Assembly (NCBI GenBank): GCA_965178125.1
Contig: OZ237739.1
Coordinates: 558,001 to 622,000, forward strand
From: Bilabrum cf. latius
Taxonomy: Eukaryota
DNA: 64,000 bases
Direction of reading: 5' to 3'
The position numbers and the translations under genes were made by a program. Under the pieces are notes generated by a model, which saw only the letters and a program-made list of their open reading frames with translations, was not told the DNA's origin and ran no database searches. This document shows positions 38,017 to 49,500 of this stretch, piece after piece (the stretch's first letter is position 1; the number at the start of each line of letters is the position of its first letter).

Positions 38017-41000
38017 ATGGACGACTACGGTGCGTCGGATGCCGTTGAGTTCGGTCCAAACGATTCGTACGGAATGGGAACAAGTGAGACTCCGTGCCTA
38101 GATCACAATTCTTGCAAGTGCGGCGAGTGCGGATGGCCGGGAAATAGACCCGTGCCACCGAACCCATCGTAAAGACTGCACACCTCCGTACAACCAGTTC
38201 CATTGTGCGCAGATCGCCAAGGCGGGCTCATGTCCCCAGGAGGAGATTCATTGGCCCGCGGACACAGTGGAAAGATAGCCACGCAATACTACCCGGCCGG
38301 TTCGGCGGAGGCGGGTCAGCCGCCTCCGCCACCCCGGGGGGTGCAGCCGGCAGCAGCAGCAGACCTGCAGGACGCGCGAGCGTACAGCAGGCTGTGCGAG
38401 CAGCGAATCCTGGACCTGGATGCCGACCACCCCTTGCCAGTCACGTCCGACCTGCTCGGCCAGCCGGCCCGCTCCCCGACGGATTTGTGCTCCCCGCGCG
38501 CGAGCGGCAGCGCCGGGGATGCAGCAGCAGCAGCAGCAGCAGCGCGGGCCCGTGGCCCTGTCGGCGGGAAAGAAACCCACAGCCAGCGGGACGAAGGCGC
38601 CAAGCAATCGCAACAGGTGCGCGAGCTGCAGTCGCGCATGAAAGAATTGGCGCAGCGGCTGCAGAAATCGGAGCAGGCGCGATCGTCCCAGGCGCGCAGG
38701 GCCGAGCAGCTGCAGGCAAAGCTAGCACGGCTGGAAGGAGGGGGCCGCAGGGCGGGCGCATAGGCGACAGGCACCGGCCCCGCGGGCCACGGATCGTCCG
38801 CGCGGACCCGCAGGGAAGCTTCGCAGAGCGCCCGAGCCGCGCTCGAGCGGGCAGAGAGCGAGCGCGACCAGGCGCGGGCTGACCTCCAGGCCGAGGTGCG
38901 CGCGGGAGAGGAGGCGCGGGCGTACATCGCCGTTCTGGAGGAGACGCTGCACAAGCGTGAGGGCGGGCCGGGGGGCCCGGGGGAGCGGCAGGCGAACCTG
39001 CTTACGCAGCTGGCCAAGCTCAAGGGGGAGCTGGCGGCGCGCACCGAGGAGGCCAGGGCGCACGAGGAGGCAGCGGCGCGGGCGGAACAGGAGGCCAGAG
39101 CCGCGCAGGAGCAGGCGCGGCGGGCGGCCGATGGCCTGGTGGATCGGGGTCGGGCCTCGGACGCGCCCCCGGAGGCCCGCGCGGCGGCGCTGGAGAGGGA
39201 CAACGCGGCCCTCGTGGACTTTGTGGCCGAGGCGCGGCAGGAAAGGACGAGGCTGGAGAAGGCTGCCGAGGACGCGGGCGCGGAGGCGCGGAGGCTGCGG
39301 GAGCAGCTGGACGAGGCCGTGGATCGGGCGGCGGCCGAGGCTGCGCGCGCCGAGGGTGCCGAGCAGGCCTCCAAGGGGGCGGGGGAGCGGGCGCGGCAGC
39401 TCGAGACGCAGCTGCTCGAAGCGCGGCAGGAGCTGGAGCGGGCGCAGCGGACGGGGCAGGAGCGCGAGGACGACGACCGGGAGCTGCGGGCCGTGCAGGC
39501 TCAGCTGCTGGGCACCATTCGCGAGCAGAAGAAGGAGTGCGATGAGGCCCGGGCCGAGGCGGCTGGCCTCGCGCAGGAGAAGGAAGACGCCATGGCACGG
39601 CTGGCCTCCACGGAGAAAGCCCTCGACGCTGCAGAGCAGGAGAGGGACGAGGTGGAGAGGCAGAGGGACGAGGCGAGGACCCAGCTGGCGCAGCTCGAGG
39701 CGGCCGCGGAGTCGCTGCGGAGGGACAGGGACAGGGCCACAGCCGACGTGGCGTCGCTGCAGACCGACGGGGAGCAGGCGAGGGCCGCGGGTCACGAGGC
39801 GGAGCAGCGTCTTTCGGAGCTGTCGGCCGAGAACGGGCGGCTGGAGGCGCGCGCGCAGTCGCTGGAGGCGCGCTTGGAGGGTCTACTGCAGGAGGCTGCG
39901 GCGCTGCGGGAGGCGCAGGAGGCCGTGGCGGCGGCCGAGGAGCGGGTGCGCCGCGCGGACGAGGACGAGGCCGCGCGGGAGGGCGAGGAGGAGGCGGAGC
40001 GCGGCCTGATCCGCGTCGCGATCGAAAGGAAGACGGCCAGGGCGAGAAGGAGGGGCGAGAAGGAGGGGCGAGGCGGGCGACGCCAAGAGCAGCGGCACCG
40101 GCGGGGCGGGCGCGGGTCACCCGGCAGAGGCCTGGGCAAGGGCGAGGGAGACGAGCAGCGAGACGGCGTGGAGGACGACGACGAGATTGGCGGCGGCGGC
40201 AGGGGCGGCGGTGCCGGGGAGGAGGGGCTGTACGAGGACGGCCATGACGATGAAGAGGAGGAGGAGGAGGAGGACAGCATGCTGACGTACTAGCTCGCTT
40301 CGGCTGCAGAGGGCAGGGGCGGAAGGGGCTCTTCCTCTTCGAGCGATCCTGCGCTGGTGGCATCTCGCCTGGCCGAGGCCGCCGGCACTCTGGCCAAGGG
40401 AAGGGCGGCGCGGGCCCTTCGGTGGGCCGCCTCGGCCGAGGTGCAGGTCGCTGCGCCGGCGCTCGCCACGGCGGCGCGGCGGGTGTCCCAGTGGCTGTCC
40501 ATTGCTGGCAGCTGCATGTCGGACTTTAGCAGGGCGGCTCGGTCTCAGCACGAGGACAAGCGGGCCCAGCGCCGGCTGCTCCACGACGAGATCCACGAGC
40601 TTAGGAGGGCGAGGGACGAAGCTCAGGAGGCGCACGCGGGCGCATCGGACGAGCTGCGGGCCGTCCGGCGGGAGCTGGACGAGCGTGCCAGGGGGTGGGA
40701 GGAGGACCAGGCCGCGCTGGCGGAGCGCGTGGCGCGGGCCGAAGCGGGGGAGGAGGGGGCCTCTGACGAGGCCAGGGCGGCCAAGGAGGCGGCCGAGGCC
40801 TCTGCCAGGTCGGAGCGGGACGCCACGGAGCGAGCCGACAGGGCGGAGAGGGAGAGAGACGAGGCCGTCAGGCGGATGCAGGAGGTCGAGCGGGCGGCGC
40901 AGGCGGCCGAGGCCGAGCGATCCGAGGCGGCCGCGGGCAGGGACGACGCGGCGGCTCGGCTGCAGGAGGCGGAGCGCCAGGCGCACGAGCGCGGGGAGCT

Positions 41001-43608
41001 CCTGCAGGCGGAGCGCGAGGCCAGGAAGGACGAGCAGCGGTCCTCCGTCACGCAGCAGCGCGTCCTGGGCAGCAGGGTGGGGGAGCTGGAGGACCTGCTG
41101 CGGGAGAGGCAGGAGGCCCTCTCCGCGGCCGAGGAGCGGTGCCAGCGGATGCAGGGGGAGCTGGAGGCCGCGCGGCAGGAGGCCGAGGACAGGGGCAGGG
41201 AGCTGGACGGGGCGCGGGAGGACGCGCGGGGCGTCCGCGCCGAGCTGTCGGAGCACCGGTCGGGAGCGGCCAAGGAGCGGGACGAGCTGCAGGGCGAGAT
41301 GGAGGAGCTGGCGGGGCTGCTGGACCGGCAGAACGACGCCCTGGAGGAGGCCAAGGGGGCCCGGGGCAGCGCCGAGGAGAAGGCGGCGGTGGCGCAGCGC
41401 AGCGTGGTGCAGCTCATGATGGAGGCGGAGGGGGCCCGCGGACGCCTGGGGGCCGTGGTGCAGGAGCTGGAGGAGGCGGCAGCGCGGGCGGAGCGGGAGG
41501 CCGGGGTGGCGGCGGCGGACCGCAGCAGGGGCGGCGGAAGCGGCGGAGACGGCAAGCCGGAGGGCTCTGACACGACACCCCTGCCCGGCCTGGTGCGGCG
41601 TACGGCCGAGGGGGCCCGCCGGCTGGCGTCGGCCGCGCGCGCGGCCTGCGCCGAGATGCGGGCCAAGGAGGCCGAGGCGAACGCCCTGCGGCAAGAGGTG
41701 GCGGCGGCTCGGCCGCACCTAGAGGCACTGTCGGAGGCCACGGCGGGGGCAAGGGACCGAGCGGCGGCGCTCGTGGAGGCCGAGGCGCGGATCGGGGAGC
41801 TCAGGGGAGCCCTTGCCGCGGCCGAGAGCCATTACAGCGTGGCGGCGCAGGAGGTGGAGCAGCTGCGGGCCCGCATGGCGCAGATGCAGGGGCAGGCGGA
41901 GGGCGGCGCCGCGCGCGTTGCGGAACTCGCGGCGGCCCTGGACCAGTCCCGCGCGGCGGAGCGGGCTGCGGAGGGACGCGCGCGCCAGCTGGAGGACGAT
42001 GTGAATCGCCTGCAGGGGCAGCTGGACGGGGCCAGAGCCGAGGCGTCCGAGGCCCAGCGAGGGGCGGCCAGGGCCGAGGCCGGGGAACAGCGGGGCCAGG
42101 ACGCCGTGGCGCGGGCCGAGGCAGAGGCGGCCACGGCGCGCACCCTCAGGGAGAGGGCAGAGGCGGAGGCCAAGGAGGCGCGCGAGCGAGCCGCCTCTGC
42201 CGAGAGAGACTGCCAGGAGGCGCGGCACGCCGCCAGCGAGGCGCAGAGCAGGGCCAGGGAACTGGAGACGGAGGCTCTCCGCAAGGGAGAGGAGGTGGCC
42301 ACGCTTCGGGCGCAGCTGGACCAGGCCCGCGCGCAGCAGGAAGAGGTGGAGCGCGCGCTGGCCGCGGACGTGATGTCCCTAGGCGACCAAGCCGACCAGG
42401 CCGTGCGCGAGCGGCAGCAGCTGCAGAGCCGCGCGGAGGAGCTCAAGCAGGAGGCCGACGCGGCGCGGGGGGAGCTCCAGCGCGAGATCGAGCGGCACGC
42501 GCGCACCGCCGAGGAGGCCAGGGCGGCCAAGGAGGCCGCCGAATCGGCCGAGGCCGCGGCCCGCAAAGCCAAGCGGGAGGAGGAGGAGGCCCGCGAGGAC
42601 GCGAGAAGGGCGAGGGCGGCTCTGACCCAGAGCGGTGCCACGGGGGAAGACGTGCGGCGGGAGCTCGAGAAGCTGGGGCAGGACTACGCGAGGGCCAAGG
42701 CGGACCTCGCCGGCGCGGAGAGGGAGCGCGACACGCTCCGGTCGCAGCTGAGGACGGCGGAGTCCAGAGCGACCGACGCCACGGCGCAGCTGCGGGCCAC
42801 GCAGGAGCAGCGGGGCAGCGCGGCGTTCTCCTCCAGCCTGAGGCCGCTGGGCGTGGCGGCGTCTCGAGCGGGGGTGCCTGGGCTGGGCGGCGCCGGGCAC
42901 GCGGCCGGGACAACTCGCTCGATGCTGGCGGGCGGTGCCGCCCCCGGCTCCGGCGCAGGCACGGGAATAGGCGGCGGCTAGGCGTCCTACCCGGGCGGGG
43001 CATTCGGAGGCCAGGGGCAGGGCCAGGGCCAGGGCTAGGGGTCCTTCCGCACGGGAGACGGGGGTGGCCTCGGCGGTCTCGGCCTCAGCCAGCGGTTCGG
43101 AGGCGTTGGTGCTGGTGGTGGCGTGCAAGAGATGTCGGGGCTGTCTGGACGCGAGAACGGCAAGGGCGAGGCGCAGGGGCAGGATCTCGGTGCCTCCCGC
43201 GTGGCGATTTCGCGGACGGGCAGCATCCGCATCGACATTGGCCAGGGGTAGCAGGGGCAGGGGTAGCAGGACGGGCAGGGCATTGGGCCTGGGCAGCAGT
43301 CCCGCGCCGGTTCTGTGACGGGGTCGGGCCCGGGCCGCGGGGGGGACGATGGGCCCTCGTTCCTCTCCGTGGCGGAAGAAACCGATCGTCCTTCTGCCAC
43401 TGCCAGCGGCAGTGGCAGTGCTAGTGGGGGGAGGGCAGGAGGGGCTGTTGGTGGCGCTGGAGGAGACGATGCGGGGAAGGGGCGCGGGGGGCAGGTGGGA
43501 TCTGGGATCGGTGCAGGCGGGATAGCCGCTGCCGGGGGCCGGGCCAGCGACCTGAGGTCCAGGCTGCGGGAGGCGCGATCGCGGTTCAGCCAGCTGGAGC
43601 GGAACTGA
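38017..43608 (+). CDS. Giant coiled-coil protein (~1820 aa, TAG=Gln); probable intron 38084-38212
   Basis: Track ORFs 38203-38763, 38896-40293, 40357-42981 and 43315-43608 share frame +1, are joined by 6 TAGs and end TGA. E/A/R/Q-rich heptad pattern; N-terminal motif YSRLCEQRILDLDADHPLPV. The first exon is inferred from GTGAGA..CAG. Confidence 0.8.
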
Positions 43609-43941
43609 TCCGGTAGTCACGGCAGCCCACCCACAGCCGCCTTGCTGTTGCTCCGTCGCTGCGGCGTGAATTCGCGCGCGGGGCTTTAGCCTATGATTGT
43701 TCGCAAAGAGTCTGAACTGTTGCTACCTGTCCTGGTCCCGCGGCCAGCCCCTCCTGTCTGCCAGTTTGGACGGGTCCGTCCGCCTGTGGCACGCCTCCAT
43801 GGGGCAAATCCTCCACAAGATCCGCCGGTATGGATGCCGGTGTCGTGCGGAACCGGAACCGCCGCGGCGCCGCCTGCCCTGGCGGCCAAAGTTACACCAC
43901 TCTTGCTGTGGCAAGTTGCACTGCTGTCCACCGCAGTGGTG

Positions 43942-46266
43942 ATGTCGCTTCAATGTATGCAAATAGTGTTCTCCGGCGGCCTCCTCCTCGAAATGGACTG
44001 CGGACATGAACCAATCAACTGATTTTGCGAACAGCATGATTTATTTCCTGCTCTTGCCGCAGGTTATGCAGCACTTGCAGCCGCAATGATGCTGCCCTCC
44101 GTTCACTCCTAGTCAACAGTATTCTATCTGAGTCCTTCGGGGAGTGACGCGAACGATGGGTCCCAGCAGTCGCCGTTCCGCTCGTTTCAGCGAGCCAGGG
44201 ACGCAATCAGGAGCTTGAAGGCGTCACTGGGAGGATCGCTTCCTCCGGCCGGCGTCGCTGTGGAAGCTGCTGCTGGCGACTATCCGCCCGTCGATTCGCT
44301 GAATGGGAGCGTGCTCTCTCTCGATCCAGCGCAGGACTCGGGTACGCCGGGGAGCTCCATCGTCTATCGATCCGATGGATCCGGCCCGGTGCAGCTGCTG
44401 GGAGGCCCCAAGCTGGAGCCGTCTGCGTGGAGCGAGGTTCCTGCCAAAGAGGGGATGTTTCAAGCCAGCCTGGGCAGTCTTGGGCTGCAAGCCTCGGACC
44501 TGGGCAGCCTCAACGCCGGCAATCTCGGCGACTGCGCTTGCAATCAGCTCACCGAGCTCGTGTACGACGGAGAGCCAATGGTGCTGGCGCGCTACCCCAA
44601 CATGAATTACTCCAGGGAAGACCTCCCGCTGCCTGCGTTTCGCCACATCGCCAGCACGCTGAAGTCGAGCCCATTCGAGTTCATCGCCAACCAGACCGAC
44701 GCCGGCGCGCTCAAGCGCTGGAGCGCAGAGCTGCAGCAGACGGGGGCAGACGTCTGGATCGGTGGATACTGGATGTACGGATGGGCCGACAGCTACTGCA
44801 AGGTGCAGTCCATCGATCCTTCGAGCGGGAAAGTCACCGTGGAGTAGGACACACCGCCGGTGTACGGCTTCAAGCCAAAGGCCAGGTACTTTGGCGTGAA
44901 TCTCTTCTCGGAACTGGACTAGGAGCGGGAGTACTACATCAACAAGACATCCATGATGCTGTATTTCATGCCTCCCTCGGGCAATGCGCCCAGCAAGCCG
45001 GCCTACCTGACCCTGGCGCCGACCGTGGTCACAGTGGGTGGTTCCGCAGAGAAAGCGCGGCGCCGCGCGGTCCAGGTCGCGCGGGACGAGGAGCGAGCGC
45101 GAACCCGCGCGCGGGATTTCGCCGCATTCGAAGAGGCCGCGAGAGCCGGGCTGCACCTTCACGAGGTCATCGGGGACAAGGGGTCCCTCGGCTACCGAGA
45201 GAGGCGGCGGGATTTCTTCGATGGCCTGGAGGCGGTGCGCCGGGCGGAGGAAAGGGCTGCGGCGGGTCACCATGCCTCATCGCAGCCGCTGCAGTACGTC
45301 AAGCTGCAGGGGCTCACACTGTCGTACGGCATGCAGGGCGCGATGCTCAACGGCGTGAACAACGTGGTGCTGGACGGCATCGACGCGTCTGCCAACACGG
45401 CGCACTCGCTGCGGCTGACAGGATACAACAACACCCTGTCCAACTCCAAGGCTTCCTACGCGGGATGCTCTGCCATGGCAGTGGAGGGAGGCGACGAAAA
45501 GACGCTGACACCCAGCGGGAGCCAGGCGATCTCCAACACCGCCACGTACTACGGGAGGTGGAAGCGAACGTACCAGCCCGGCGTGGGATTCGGTGGCGTC
45601 GGCGTTCAGTTCAAGGGCAATAAGGTTGGCTACGCGCCCCACATCGGGATGACCGGCTCCGGCAACGACCATTTGTTCTTCAACAACACCTTCGAGGTGG
45701 CGGTGTTCGAGGTGAGCGACTCCGGCTGCTGGTACTCCGGGAGGTCGTGGGCCCATAGGGGCTCCAAGCTGCTGAACAACACCTTCCGGTCGTGCAAGGA
45801 CATCGAGCCTACGTTCCTGGGGTATCCAGAGACGCACGGTATCTACTACGACGACGAGCTGTCGGCCCACGAGGCGGCGTTCAACAAGTTTTACGACGGC
45901 TTCCAGGGCGTGTTCGTGGGCGGCGGCAGGCGGCACTCGGTGCACGACAACTACTTCGAAGGAATCACCGAACCCTTCCAGATGGACGATCGGGGGCTCC
46001 ACTGGCAGTCCCAGTACTGCAATGCCACGAACGGTATATTCTTTCAGGAGCTGGAGGCGCTTCACTACCAGCAGCCCCCGTACTCGACGCACTACCCTGA
46101 GCTGGTGGGCATCAGGCATGACCACCCTTGCGTGCCAGTCTACAATCACATTGAAAACAACACGTGGTGTCCGCCGTCGCCGAAGGACCAGTTCAGCAAC
46201 ACGCCACCGGCCACAGCGGCCAAGTGGCTGACGACCATTGCGAACAACACCGCTGTGACCTGTTGA
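43942..46266 (+). CDS. Secreted right-handed parallel beta-helix enzyme (GH141-like); probable intron 43955-44062
   Basis: Splicing gives signal peptide MSLQCYAALAAAMMLPSVHS, then (Q)STVFYLSPSGSDANDGS..PFRSFQRARDAIR. Further motifs LARYPN, GYWMYGWAD, ELD(Q)EREYY, DSGCWYSGR, GIYYDD, VFVGGGR..VHDNYF. TAGs at 44110, 44845, 44920; ends TGA. Confidence 0.8.
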
Positions 46267-46532
46267 ATTTGCTTTGAGGAGGTCAGGTAGCGCGGCGGAT
46301 CGATTTGCTGATCATTGCTTGAAAAGCTGGTACTCGAATTCTTATCTGGCCTCCCGCGGGCTTGCGCATAGGACGGCAGCAATTCGTACGCTATTCCCGT
46401 CATTTGGGACTGCTTGCACCTTTCTCGGCGCATCAGCGCCGCGCCCGCAAACCGGAAATGATGGTGGTGCTCGGGACGGGGGCGGTGCTTTCACTTTCCG
46501 TGATTTGTACACTGCCATTGAACGAAAATCTC

Positions 46533-49500
46533 ATGGAATCTGATGCAACAAATATATCGTAGGTTAATTATGTGAGTTCTGCGATCCATAGTGTGTTCTT
46601 ATACTCTATTGTGGCAGCATGCATCTTCGGTCGGCTTTGTACATTTCTCGTGCCCTTGGCAGATTCTGTCGTGCTCGAGTTGTATAGTTGTATTGATTAA
46701 AGGAGTATTATTTCTGCGTATTGTAGCCTTTATTATAGTTGTGTCTTGCTTCATGTTGGTGAACCTGGCGCACCAGAGGAACGTGGGATTGTTCCTGAGA
46801 AATTGGAAATCCCTCGCAGTCTCCCGACCCTGTGGGCTCAGCAAATGGTGCGGCAAAGATTGATGATCGTAATCATACAACCATCATACCAGACTAGTCC
46901 GGCCCGACTACTCTCCGTCTTGATGGTGTACCGGAACCGCGCGAGGGCTCGAGGTCGTGCTGTAGCTATATCGCGTTCGGGTTCCTCGGTCCTATGCTCA
47001 GCCAAGGTGTGTCCAAGCCGATCGAACCGGAGGATTTGCCTGCTTTAGAGGCATCTTAGTCCTGCGAGCGTGTGGTACCGAAGTATGCGAGGGCTTGGCA
47101 GACGGTGTACGCACCAGGCGCATCACCGCCGGCATGGGAACGCAAAGTCCCCGGTGACGAACGTTCCCTAGATGACCCCGAGGCATCGCCATGCTGCGCA
47201 TGGTCTTCCTTCTGTCCCTGTGTCTGCACTGCCCGCGCCTCTCCGAAGCCATCGGTTTGGTCGGCCGTAATTTCCGTGGAGTGGGGTCGCACTTACCTGG
47301 TCGTGGCACTCATGCTGTTCTGCAGGGGGGTAGAAGTCTGCAGAGCCCTGATTCTACGAGAACTTATATCTTCACTGACTGCATAGGACTGGGAATGGAC
47401 CGCTATTTGGTCTGCTGTACTGGCGCTCGCCACTGCGACGGTCACGACAACGGACCAGCACAGGCGAGCGCTGGGCACAGCAGTGGGCATCGACTGCAGG
47501 ACAGGGCTCATGACTCTGATGCACTCGAAGCTGCTGAAACTACCCCCTGCCGCGGTAAGCAAGGGAGTACTGAGCACGCTCACCGGTACTGATTCATCCA
47601 AGGTGGTGGATCTGCTCATGTGGGCCGCGCGCGGGCTGGGTGGGCCAATGGTCCTGGTGGCCGCCTTTGTGATCGCAGGGAGAATGCTGGGGCTGGCCGT
47701 GCTGGCCGCCGTTGGGATGGCACTCCTCATGGTTCCAATCAACATATGCGTGGCGGGCGGGTTTGAAGCGACGCAGCAGAAGCTCATGGCGTCGCAGCAG
47801 GCCAGGATGAAGGTGCTTGGCGAGACGCTGCAAACGATACAGTACGTTAAGTACTTCTCCATCGAGGGTATCATCGGTCGTAGGATTCAGAGGCACAGAG
47901 CGTCTGAGCTTAACGCAGTCAAGGGCTTCAACTTTACGATTGCCGCGCTGATGAGTCTCGTGTGGTGCGCATCGACCCTTCAAGCGTGTGCCGCATTTGC
48001 GGCGTACCACTTGATGGGCGGCGTGCTTACCCCTCAGATTGTGTTCCCTAGCCTGTTTTGCTTCAACATGACGGTGTGGGAGCTCCTTCACATCCCAGAG
48101 AGCATCGCAAACGTCATCTCTGCGATCGAGTCGATCCGGAGGATATCCAGCTTTCTGGCCATGCCGGAGGTGGCTGGGCTCGGGGAGCCTATCCGCGAGC
48201 TTACAGCGGCAGGCACTGGCAGCAGTGCCGGGGACAGTCCAGCCGAGTCCCCAGTGCTGCTGGACACCGGCGGATCCATGTCGCGGAGGTACTACCTGGC
48301 GCCTGCTTGGCTCAGCAAAGACAACGAGAAAAGCAAGGAGCAGAAGGGTGCCAAATCAACGGAAGAGAGGGGGATGGCAGCAGAGCAGCTTGGCGAGGAA
48401 AAGGAGGAGCGAGACATGTTTCTTGTGCTATTCTGCTGCTGCATATACTGGTGCGAGCCCTCGGAGCAGGTCGCCGGTGTGCAGCCTACAACGCCTTCCA
48501 TGGCACAAGGAGCTTCGATATAGACCGCAAGCGGCGATGCTCTTGCGCAGCCTCTACTAGAAGCGAGCCAAGATCGGCCAGATGATCTTACTGCAAGCCT
48601 GGTGGCGCCCAGGGGCGAGGTTGGTGATGATACGGGAGGCAAGGCCACCGAAACGGTTTCCAAGCAGGTTATTTCGGATCTCAAACTGTCGCTGCATGCA
48701 AACGAGCTAGTTGCTGTGGTTGGTCCTGTGGGTAGCGGGAAAACGTCGTTGCTGCTCGGCCTGCTGGGCGAACTGGCCGGCGGTGACCTGGAGACAAACT
48801 CTGAGAGTGGAACCGTCGCTGCCGGGGCGCGGGTCAAGACGGGTTCTCGGGTGGCGTACGTGCCGCAGGAGTCGTGGATCCAGTCCGCCACACTGCGTGA
48901 CAACGTTTTGATCGGAGGCTGCGGCGAGGCTCAAGCCGACCCCCGCAGGTCCGCTACTACGTCAGAGCTGTGTGGTTCCATGAACAGAGGTACGCTACTC
49001 CCGTTCGACCGCGGGCTGTACGATCGAGTCATTGACGGCGCTTGCTTGACGACTGATCTGCAGCAGCTGGAGGGCGGTGACATGGCCGAGCTCGGAGAGC
49101 GTGGAGTCACAGTCTCGGGCGGGCAGAAGGCCAGGATATGTTTGGCAAGAGCCATGTACGCGCTGCCTGACGTGTACCTTCTTGACGATCCGCTGAGTGC
49201 AGTGGACGCTCACACGGGCGAGCGACTCTTTAACGATGCCATTAGTGGATTCATGCTGGGTCGATCTGCGGTTGCAGCTGCAGGAAACACGGAGCATCCA
49301 GCAGGTGCCAAATCCGCGTAGGATCAATCGGTTGCCGCCGACGATTCGATGGCTACTTCAGAGATCGGGACTGGACCCGCGGCCGTGCTGCTGGTGACAC
49401 ACCAAGTGCAGTTCCTGCCTCGATGCGACAAAGTTCTTGTGATGGATGATGGGAAGGCCCTTCATTTTGACACCTACGAAAACTTGGTGTCTCAGGGTGT

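Noticed and set aside
38248-43620. Long overlapping minus-strand and off-frame ORFs
   Set aside because: These are expected shadows of very high GC coding DNA, with no recognisable domains.
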